Program-made: the position numbers and the translations under genes | In this document: piece by piece, positions 18,718 to 27,097 of the stretch | Layout: each line of letters opens with the position of its first letter | Numbering within the stretch: the stretch's first letter is position 1 | Assembly (NCBI GenBank): GCA_034530615.2 | Contig: JAVRCV020000004.1 | Span: 1-64,000, forward strand | Length of the DNA stretch: 64,000 bases | Reading direction: 5' to 3' | Source of the DNA: Aulosira sp. ZfuVER01 | GTDB lineage: Bacteria > Cyanobacteriota > Cyanobacteriia > Cyanobacteriales > Nostocaceae | The notes under the pieces: generated by a model | What the model saw: only the letters and a program-made list of their open reading frames with translations | What the model was told of the DNA's origin: nothing | Database searches by the model: none

Positions 18718-21006
18718 TCATGAATTGAGAGACTGCGCAAATGCAGGACATGAAAATGTCGGACTAATAGGACATAAATTATCTATTTTTCCTATATTTA
18801 CATCCCCATGTCTTTGCATCCTCTTTTCTTCATACATTGCATTAATTTCTTGAGCAAACACTTCCAGAATTTTTGCTCGATTTACCTGCTGATCTGGTGT
18901 AATCATGCCATTTTCTACAGTGAGTGTGGCATTAATTAGCTGGAATTTTTTTACATTTGACCAATGAGGTAAGTGACAATTTGCTTCATCAACTAATACT
19001 TGATATAAAGCGATAATACAAGGATGTTGCAGCAAATCTTCGGTAGGTAAATCTATGCCGATTGATAAAGCCTGCTGATGCAAGTTTTCTAAATCTGGAA
19101 AAATCAGCATAGCACAGAATTTACATTCTGAACCGACAGTAATGGCGTGTGCTACTAAAGGAGATTTGTTGAGCTTGCTTTCTATTGGTTGAGAGGTAAC
19201 ATACTTACCTGTGGAAAGTTTAAAGCGGCTTTTCTTTAAACCGATAATCTTGAGAAAGCCTTCAGATGTAAATTCTCCTAAGTCGCCTGTATGTAACCAA
19301 CCTTGAGCATCAATTAGTTGCTGGGTTGCTTCGGGGTTTTTGTAATAGCCTTGAGTAATGTAAGGACTTCTTGTGAGAATTTCGCCATCTTCAGCGATCG
19401 CAACTTCTACACCAGCAATTGGTACGCCTACGGTTCCTGCACGGTTGAATTGACGGCGATTACAAGCTACTGCTGAACTGGTTTCAGTTAAACCGTAGCC
19501 TTGGAGAATTTTTATTCCCGCAGCCGCCAATAAATTTACAATTTCTGCTTTTAAACCTGCACCGCCGCTAAGTAGGTATTTGATATTACCGCCAAAAACA
19601 GCACGCCATTGCGAAAATACTAAACTATCTGCCACCTTCAACATCAAAGCATCTTGATGTTGCGGTTTTTTACCCAATTCATATTTTTGGGCTAATTTTA
19701 CTGCCCAATTCATCATCGATTGGGATAGGGGGAGATAGAGTTGTCTCGCTGAGATAGCATTGCGCCGGGAAAGTAAATGTGTTTTCAGGGTTCTCCCTGT
19801 TGTGGACAACTGAAGGGTGGCTTCCCGCAGGGTAGCAAGTGCCGTTTTCCCTTCCCACGTGGTGGGAAACCTGAAGGGTAAAATGGTGACGCGCTGATGC
19901 GCTAAGTTTACCCGTTTCTCTGGTTCTTTTTTGCGCCGTGTCTGATTTTTCTCTCCTGTTTCTATAAGCTTGCTATAAACTTTTTCTAATAGCAAAGGAA
20001 CTGTTGCAAATATTGTTGGTTTAACTTCTTTCAGGTGTTTTAATACCCGATTAGAATTACTGAAATAAATACTGTGACCATAGTTAATATGACCGTAGAC
20101 AAAGACACGAGCCAAAACATGAGTTAATGGTAGAAATGAAAGAATTACCTCCTGTGAGCCGAATGCTAAATCAGGAATTCCGGTAAACATTGCTAGTGCA
20201 TTCGCGGAGAGATTTTCATGGGTGAGCATTACCCCTTGAGGTTCTCCAGTAATGCCAGGAATATAAATAATAGTGGCAAGGTCATCAGCTATTATTTGGG
20301 AATTAAGTTCCTGTATACTAGCTTCGGAATTATTTATCCGTCCCTGAGAGCGAATTTCCTCCAAGGAAAAGACTTCAGGAAAAAGACGCGGTGACGAGAG
20401 GACGCGGTGACGCGGCGATGTTTCAGCAAGAGATTGCAGAGGATGCAGTGATGGGATGAGACAAGAAGAATTTTTTTCCCATGTCACCGCGTCTCTATGT
20501 CTCCCCATCTCCGTGTCATCTCGTTGATGCCATTTATTAGGAACATCAGCAACTATTACTGTCTTGAGATGAGTTGCATTTCCCAGGTAAGGAATAATTT
20601 GCGAAAGCAACTCTAGATCGGAAATAATCAACGTCTTTGCTTCTGTGTGCTGCAAGATGAAAATAATGTGTTCAATTGTTTGGGTTAAATCAATTGGCAC
20701 ATTTACCAAACCTGCGAGTAAGGAACCGATGTCAGCAATACAAAAGTTGACATCGCTGTGCATGAGTAAAGCGATTCTATCGCCTTTTTCTATTTGCAAA
20801 CCCAGCAAACCCAACGCTAATTCTGCGGCAGCCGTGCGTAATTCGTGATTAGATAAAGGTTGCCAGCCTGTGTCTGTAAACTGGTTTAAGGCGTGGGGAT
20901 TGGGAAAGCGATCGCACGCTTCATCTAATAAAGAAGGCAAAGTACGCCCTAAGATTACTTCTCCTGAGTTAGGAGGCGCTCTATAGGTCTGATCTGTAGA
21001 TAACAT
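18718..21006 (-). CDS. Long-chain fatty-acid--CoA ligase-like AMP-binding protein (degenerate motifs, in-frame insertions)
   Basis: QGYGLTETS, GTVG, GEIL, GWLHTGDLG, STGKYV present; P-loop reads YIPGITGEPQG. Confidence 0.88.
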   Translation of the reverse strand: MLSTDQTYRAPPNSGEVILGRTLPSLLDEACDRFPNPHALNQFTDTGWQPLSNHELRTAAAELALGLLGLQIEKGDRIALLMHSDVNFCIADIGSLLAGLVNVPIDLTQTIEHIIFILQHTEAKTLIISDLELLSQIIPYLGNATHLKTVIVADVPNKWHQRDDTEMGRHRDAVTWEKNSSCLIPSLHPLQSLAETSPRHRVLSSPRLFPEVFSLEEIRSQGRINNSEASIQELNSQIIADDLATIIYIPGITGEPQGVMLTHENLSANALAMFTGIPDLAFGSQEVILSFLPLTHVLARVFVYGHINYGHSIYFSNSNRVLKHLKEVKPTIFATVPLLLEKVYSKLIETGEKNQTRRKKEPEKRVNLAHQRVTILPFRFPTTWEGKTALATLREATLQLSTTGRTLKTHLLSRRNAISARQLYLPLSQSMMNWAVKLAQKYELGKKPQHQDALMLKVADSLVFSQWRAVFGGNIKYLLSGGAGLKAEIVNLLAAAGIKILQGYGLTETSSAVACNRRQFNRAGTVGVPIAGVEVAIAEDGEILTRSPYITQGYYKNPEATQQLIDAQGWLHTGDLGEFTSEGFLKIIGLKKSRFKLSTGKYVTSQPIESKLNKSPLVAHAITVGSECKFCAMLIFPDLENLHQQALSIGIDLPTEDLLQHPCIIALYQVLVDEANCHLPHWSNVKKFQLINATLTVENGMITPDQQVNRAKILEVFAQEINAMYEEKRMQRHGDVNIGKIDNLCPISPTFSCPAFAQSLNS

Positions 21007-21440
21007 TTTATCCCAGAAGAGTTTCTGACTCTTCCCCTCGTTATCAGTTATTAATCATCAGTTATCAGTGGTTCTTGTTTACTATTCACTGATAACTAAT
21101 ATGGGTATGAGGAAAATATTTTCCTCTTTCCCAATTTTTTTATGCTGAATAAAAATGCTCCAAGTCTCTGTTGAATAAATAATTATCTTCAGATACTTGA
21201 GCGCAGCCTAATGTCAGACTAGGTAATATTTAAGATGCCGACTTCTGCTACCTACATCCTGACAACTGCCAAATTTCTCCTTCCAATCTGGAATCTATTA
21301 AAGACAGAATTAGTGTTTCTTTAAGACTTAAAGCTATTTCTTAGCTAACGTCTTAAACCGAGCTTCTCTGTACTAATAATAATGTAGATCATGCTGGGGA
21401 TCAACGACAAGGTTTGTATCTTTTTCGCAAAGAAAGCCTT

Positions 21441-22340
21441 TTAACGAGACAAAGTTTCGGTATGCAAAGTGGGTATTTTTATCAGACACTTTGATGCTTG
21501 GTTGTCTATGTCTCCGTCCAAGTGCTTTTCTAGCCAATTCTCTAAATCTACTAGTACTTTCTGGTAATTAATATCTAGGTGAAAGTCATGATAGTCTCCA
21601 GGATACTCATAGCTTTCTTTATCGGGGTAAGTTACCTTTTGGAAAAAAGCCACGCTACCTTCTGGTGGTGTGATTTTATCGCCACTGCTATACAAAATCA
21701 ATAAAGGGACTTGTAATTCACAAGCATGAGTTGTTACCCATTTTTCAGTAGAGAAAAACTCCGCCGCCAGTCGCGCACTGCCATACTCGTGCCGTAATGG
21801 ATCTTGGTTGACGATGAAATTCGGGCCGCGTAAATTGGTGCCCTTATCCAGACCGACTTTCAGGCTAAAGTTTGGCCAAACTTGTGAAAGCATTCGCCCT
21901 AAAGCAACTTTCAGCAGTGGTAGGTTAACTTTTCCTAAAGCGGGGGCTGAGAGAATTAGTCCTTGCAAGCTTTGGGGAAAGCGCAAGGCATAATCTACAG
22001 CAATTACTGCTCCTAAACTGTGACCCCATAAAAAATATGCACAGCCTGAACCTCGTTCTTGAATGCGTGACAAGAAGGTGTGCAAATCTTCTCGCAACTC
22101 TGCCCAAGAATTAATATGTCCCCGTTGTCCGGGCGATCGCCCATGTCCTCGCAGATCAAAAGCGTAGACAGCATAACCTAAAGGTAGTAAATGCTGTACG
22201 GCAACTTGGAATAATCCGCTATGCGCTCCGAACCCGTGTACCATCGCAATCACTGCCCGTAATTCCCCCTCTGGCTGCCAGCTTTGGTAATAAAGGTCTA
22301 GACCTCCTGCTCCTCTGAAGGTTCCTTCGATGTGTGTCAT
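21441..22340 (-). CDS. Alpha/beta hydrolase, monoacylglycerol lipase / lysophospholipase family
   Basis: VHGFG, DLRGHGRS, GHSLG nucleophile elbow, downstream D and H candidates. Confidence 0.9.
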   Translation of the reverse strand: MTHIEGTFRGAGGLDLYYQSWQPEGELRAVIAMVHGFGAHSGLFQVAVQHLLPLGYAVYAFDLRGHGRSPGQRGHINSWAELREDLHTFLSRIQERGSGCAYFLWGHSLGAVIAVDYALRFPQSLQGLILSAPALGKVNLPLLKVALGRMLSQVWPNFSLKVGLDKGTNLRGPNFIVNQDPLRHEYGSARLAAEFFSTEKWVTTHACELQVPLLILYSSGDKITPPEGSVAFFQKVTYPDKESYEYPGDYHDFHLDINYQKVLVDLENWLEKHLDGDIDNQASKCLIKIPTLHTETLSR

Positions 22341-23214
22341 TGCTGTACCTACCAAATGCGTTTTTTTAGAATTTATGTCTCAAGACGCAATTGGAGATTG
22401 TTGTGTGTAGTTTATACGATTAGTAGCAGTAACTATAATAGTCAACGCTCAATTGCTGACTACAAAATTTGACAACTAATCGACTATTACCTAGTTAAAA
22501 CTTGGCCTTAAGTAGATACAATTTTGCCCGATTGGTCGCTACTTTACGGCGTTTGCCGATATTATCAGGCTTTGATTTAACGTAAGTAAAAATGCTGGTA
22601 TTAACAATCTACGTTTTGAGACCTTGATACAAATTGTTGAGAAATTTGTTCGGTCTCAAGATTTAGGTTTCAGAAGTCGTTGTGCATCTTTTTATATTGT
22701 ATTAATTCTATTCAATTGAATTGAGAATCTCAACAATTATTAGCGCTCAATCTACCATAAGAAGGGTAATAACAAGTTTGTTAAGACAGGTAGAGGTATA
22801 TATAAGGATGCATATACGCGAGGAAATAAATGGCGATCGCATTGCATCCTTTGTCAGCCATTCCAATTAAAACTTACCTTTTGCCCGGTCGCAGAGCGAA
22901 GTCGAGGTGCAGCCTTACTTCTACTTCCAAATTTTAGGAGCGATCGCCCGCAGCCATGAACAACAGAAAACTAATTTCTAGCACATAGCTAATAAAAACG
23001 GTGCTATTTAATAACCCATCCCAGAGATAGCCTTTACGTTTGGGTGTGACATTAAGCTTAAGAGCGCGAGTCCAGCCTATTATGTATTGCATCCAAACGA
23101 AAACCGCTATATTCGCTAGGGCTGCGCTAGTTAAACGTGATATCAAGTTTCTCGAAAAGATACGATAGATTTAAGATTAATTGCGCCTGAAGCTAATTCT
23201 CCCATAGCCAGCTT

Positions 23215-23427
23215 ATGCAAATTACTCTCAATCTGGACGAATCTCTTCTCAACGAAGCCTTACAGATTACTAAAATTTCCAACCAAGAAGAACTAATTAG
23301 CCTAGCGCTGCAAGAATTTGTGCGATCGCGTCGCAAGAAAAATCTTCTCGACCTCGCTGGACAAATTGAGTTTGCTCCGGACTTCGACCATAAAGCCCTG
23401 CGCGAAACTCGCCATGCTGCTGATTGA
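23215..23427 (+). CDS. vapB: VapB-family antitoxin
   Basis: ITLNLDESLLNEAL RHH-like N-terminus; overlaps the downstream PIN gene. Confidence 0.85.
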   Translation: MQITLNLDESLLNEALQITKISNQEELISLALQEFVRSRRKKNLLDLAGQIEFAPDFDHKALRETRHAAD

Positions 23428-23812
23428 TACATCGGTTTGGGTCAGCGTGTTCCGCGATCGCAGCGGTCAAGTTCGTCAACAGCTTGAAACTCTGATTGCC
23501 GATCGTGAAGTGTTTCTCACCCGATTCACTCAGTTGGAATTGCTTCAAGGGAGTTTAAACGAGCAAGAGTGGACTCTCCTCTCCACTTACCTGGAAACAC
23601 AAGATTACATTGAACCCACACCTCATTCCTGGCAGGCCGCTGCTCGCATTTACTATGAATTGCGCCGCCAAGGACTGACGGTTCGCAGCCCAATTGATTG
23701 CTGCATCGCTCAAGCTGCACTGGAAAATAATCTAATTTTGATTCACAACGATCGCGACTTTGAAACAATTGCCCAAGTGCGATCATTCCAACACCTTCGC
23801 TTTCAACCTTGA
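23414..23812 (+). CDS. vapC: VapC PIN-domain toxin
   Basis: LIDTSVW, ELLQG, DCCIA, HNDRDF acidic PIN motifs; start at ATG 23414. Confidence 0.92.
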   Translation: MLLIDTSVWVSVFRDRSGQVRQQLETLIADREVFLTRFTQLELLQGSLNEQEWTLLSTYLETQDYIEPTPHSWQAAARIYYELRRQGLTVRSPIDCCIAQAALENNLILIHNDRDFETIAQVRSFQHLRFQP

Positions 23813-23817
23813 GCCTT

Positions 23818-24039
23818 AAGAGTCTCATTCACGGAGCAAAAAGCCTCATTCACGGAGTAAAAAGCCTCATTCACGGAGTAAAAAGCCTCATTCACGGAGT
23901 AAAAAGCCTCGCTCACGGAGCAGAAAGCCTCATTCACGGAGCAAAAAGCCTCGTTCACGCAGCTAAAAGCCTCATTCACGCAGCTAAAAGCCTCATTCAC
24001 GCAGCTAAAAGCCTCATTCACGCAGCTAAAAGCCTCATT
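23818..24039. repeat. 21-bp tandem repeat, ~10.5 copies
   Basis: Unit AAAAGCCTCATTCACGGAG(T/C)A grading into AAAAGCCTCATTCACGCAGCT. Confidence 0.95.
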
Positions 24040-24423
24040 AGAGATATTCAATTACAAAAATACTGCAATTGTAGGGGCAAAGGTGCGATCGCACTTCTGC
24101 CTCACCGAAAATCTTTCTTCACCGTCTCCCCACTCAGGGAATATGGCGCTTCTCAGTTGGATGCAATCCAAAATTATATCGTTGCCTGTAGGGGCATCGG
24201 CACTGCCGTGCCCTTAAGAGTGTGTGGACTCAACCGATATCCGCTATAACTTGTATTTTATTATCCGCTTCACGCAATTTTACGCTACGTCCAGTAAAAC
24301 GCCGTCACGCACCATCAACAACATAATTTGATACGTTAAACTTCTAATAAGCTGCGTTTTCCTCAGCACTTAGCGGTCACCACCGCTTACTCGCTACCCC
24401 AGCACCCCATTTTCTCAAGCCCT

Positions 24424-26958
24424 ATGGTCAACTGGACTGGCTATTTAGAATCGCTCTGCAATGATGATAAATACATAAGATGGTGGAATGCTTACACGCT
24501 GACAGATGTAATTGGACACCAGCGAATTGAAAGAGAGCGATCGCCCTTTCTGCTAGATTTTATAGTGGAGACAGTCAAGCCAGCCAAGGGAGAACCCAAC
24601 CAAGCACAGGAGAAAACCGAGCGATTAGATGTGCTGGAAGGGTTGCGGAAATATGCCAAAGAACACGTATTACTAGTAGGACAGCCAGGTTCCGGGAAAT
24701 CCACAGTCTTAGCGCGGTTATTGCTGGAGGAGGCAGAGAAGGCGAGATCCCCCCTCAATCCCCCCTTTCTAAGGGGGGAAGTAAAATCTTCAGAACCCCC
24801 CTTAAAAAGGGGGGCTGGGGGGATCATCCCCGTGCTAGTAGAGTTGCGCTATTACCAAACTTCCGTACTGGATTTAATTCGTGACTTCTGCAAGCGCCAT
24901 CGCTTACTGCTGGATACTGCAACCATAGAACAACTGCTATTTGCTGGCGACTTACTGCTATTAGTGGATGGGATCAACGAATTGCCCTCAGAAGCAGCGC
25001 GACAAGACTTGTATAAATTCCGGCAAGACTACCAAAAAACCACATTAATGATATTCACCACGCGGGATTTAGGCGTGGGGGGCGATTTAGGCATTACCAA
25101 CAAGCTGGAAATGCAACCCCTGACAGCAGAACAGATGCAGCAGTTTGTCCGCGCCTATCTCCCTCAACAGGGAGCGCAGATGTTGCAGCATTTGGGTGAC
25201 AGGTTGCGGGAGTTGAGGGAAACGCCACTGCTGCTGATGATGCTTTGTTCTTTATTTAAAGCCACAGGTGACATACCGCCGAACTTGGGTTTGGTGTTTC
25301 GCCAGTTTACCCAAAGCTATGAGCGTCAATTTCATCAAGATATCCCAGTTACAGATGAGTCTCGGCGGCGGTGGTTTCCCTTATTAAAACATCTAGCTTT
25401 CCACATGACCAAAGGAGATAAGCTAACAGACTTAAATGTTGCCATACTCAGGTCAGAAGTAGAGGAAATTTTAACTCAGTTTTTGCAAGCTGAGAAATTT
25501 GATCGACCCCGTGACCTAGCTCTAAAATGGCTGCATGATTTACTCAATCATCACTTAATTCAACTTGGAGCCAACGATCAAATTGAATTTCGCCACCAAC
25601 TAATTCAGGAATATTACACCGCCGAATGCTTGCTCAAGCAGTTACCAAGCCTCAGTGATGACTGTCTCAAGGGAGAGTATTTGAATTATTTGAAATGGGC
25701 TGAATCCTTGAAATTGATGTTGGAATTGGTGGATGATGAGGCGCAGGCGCTGCGAGTGGTGAAGTTAGCCTTAGAGGTAGATCGGCAATTAGGGGCAAGG
25801 TTAGCAGGCGCGGTAAAGTCAGAATTGCAGCAACAGACAGTTAATTTAGTTGCTGGGTTAGAAATTCCTATGTTATTTAAAATCCAGCTTTTAGGTTTAA
25901 CAACATCGGACAAAGCAATTCCTCATCTGAATCAATTCATAGAAGATAAAGACTACTTTGTGCGTGATAGTGCGGTATCAGCCCTGAGAAAAATCACATT
26001 AGAACAGGCGATTCCCGAATTAATTAAATTGCTCGAACATCAAAACTACAAAGTGCGTATAAGTGTGGCATCAACCCTGAGAAAAATCAAATCAGAACAG
26101 GCGATTCGCGGATTAATTAAATTGCTCGAAGATAAAGACTCCTCTGTGCGTGCAATTGCAGCATCAGCCCTGGGACAAATTAAATCAGAACAGGCAATTT
26201 CCGGATTAATTAAATTGCTCGAAGATAAAGACTACTTTGTGCGTGATACTGCGGCATCAGCTCTGGGAGAAATCAAATCAGAGCTGGCGATTCCTAGATT
26301 AATTAAATGGCTTGAAGATGAAGACTACTTTGTGCGTGATAGTGCGGTATCAGCCCTGGGAAAGATCAAATCAGAGCTGGCGATTCCCGAATTAATTAAA
26401 TTGCTCGAACATCAAAACTCTAAAGTGCGTAGAAGTGTGGCATCTGCTCTGGGAGGCATCAAATCAGAGCTGGCGATTCCCGGATTAATTAAATTGCTCG
26501 AAGATAAAGACTCTAAAGTGCGTATAAGTGCGGCATCAGCCCTAGGAGAAATCCAATTAGAGCAGGCGATTGCTGGATTCATTAAATTGCTCGAAGATGA
26601 AGACTACGATGTGCGTGATAGTGCGGCATTCGCCCTCGGAGAAATCAAATCAGAGCTGGCGATTCCCGGATTAATTAAATTGCTCGAAGATCAAGACTGC
26701 GATGTGCGTATAAGTGCGGCATCAGCCCTGAGAAAAATCAACTTAGAGCAGGGGATTCTCGGACTAATTAAATTGCTCGAAGATGAAGAATCTTGGGTGC
26801 GTAGAAGTGCAGCATCATCTCTGGGAGAAATCAAATCAGAGGCGGCGATTCCCCCGCTGATGAATTTGCTAAACAATGAAAAATTTGTAGCAGCAAATAA
26901 TGGAGATACATTGCGTTATGCTCTACAAGTAATTGAAGCGATTACAGGAAAACTGTAA
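24424..26958 (+). CDS. NACHT NTPase with C-terminal HEAT (PBS-lyase-like) repeats
   Basis: Walker A GQPGSGKS, Walker B LLLVDGINE, FTTR, TPLLL, FRHQLIQEY; about ten 31-aa repeats. Confidence 0.92.
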   Translation: MVNWTGYLESLCNDDKYIRWWNAYTLTDVIGHQRIERERSPFLLDFIVETVKPAKGEPNQAQEKTERLDVLEGLRKYAKEHVLLVGQPGSGKSTVLARLLLEEAEKARSPLNPPFLRGEVKSSEPPLKRGAGGIIPVLVELRYYQTSVLDLIRDFCKRHRLLLDTATIEQLLFAGDLLLLVDGINELPSEAARQDLYKFRQDYQKTTLMIFTTRDLGVGGDLGITNKLEMQPLTAEQMQQFVRAYLPQQGAQMLQHLGDRLRELRETPLLLMMLCSLFKATGDIPPNLGLVFRQFTQSYERQFHQDIPVTDESRRRWFPLLKHLAFHMTKGDKLTDLNVAILRSEVEEILTQFLQAEKFDRPRDLALKWLHDLLNHHLIQLGANDQIEFRHQLIQEYYTAECLLKQLPSLSDDCLKGEYLNYLKWAESLKLMLELVDDEAQALRVVKLALEVDRQLGARLAGAVKSELQQQTVNLVAGLEIPMLFKIQLLGLTTSDKAIPHLNQFIEDKDYFVRDSAVSALRKITLEQAIPELIKLLEHQNYKVRISVASTLRKIKSEQAIRGLIKLLEDKDSSVRAIAASALGQIKSEQAISGLIKLLEDKDYFVRDTAASALGEIKSELAIPRLIKWLEDEDYFVRDSAVSALGKIKSELAIPELIKLLEHQNSKVRRSVASALGGIKSELAIPGLIKLLEDKDSKVRISAASALGEIQLEQAIAGFIKLLEDEDYDVRDSAAFALGEIKSELAIPGLIKLLEDQDCDVRISAASALRKINLEQGILGLIKLLEDEESWVRRSAASSLGEIKSEAAIPPLMNLLNNEKFVAANNGDTLRYALQVIEAITGKL
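24746..24825. repeat. Palindromic dispersed repeat inserted in frame in the NACHT gene
   Basis: Terminal inverted repeats GATCCCCCC / GGGGGGATC with two internal C-run/G-run hairpins. Confidence 0.8.
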
Positions 26959-27097
26959 ATACTACAACTCTCTTACTCAACCAAGACCAAGGCTTTATGG
27001 AACAGTTAGGCGTGTCTGGGTTCCGCTTCTTTTCGGCGTTGCGATATCCCCGACTTCTTGAGGAAGTCGGGGATCTGACCACCATTAAGCACTCATG

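Noticed and set aside
22934..23146. 70-aa minus-strand ORF
   Set aside because: No recognisable motif or RBS; cannot be supported
23818..24039. CRISPR array
   Set aside because: Contiguous 21-bp units without unique spacers
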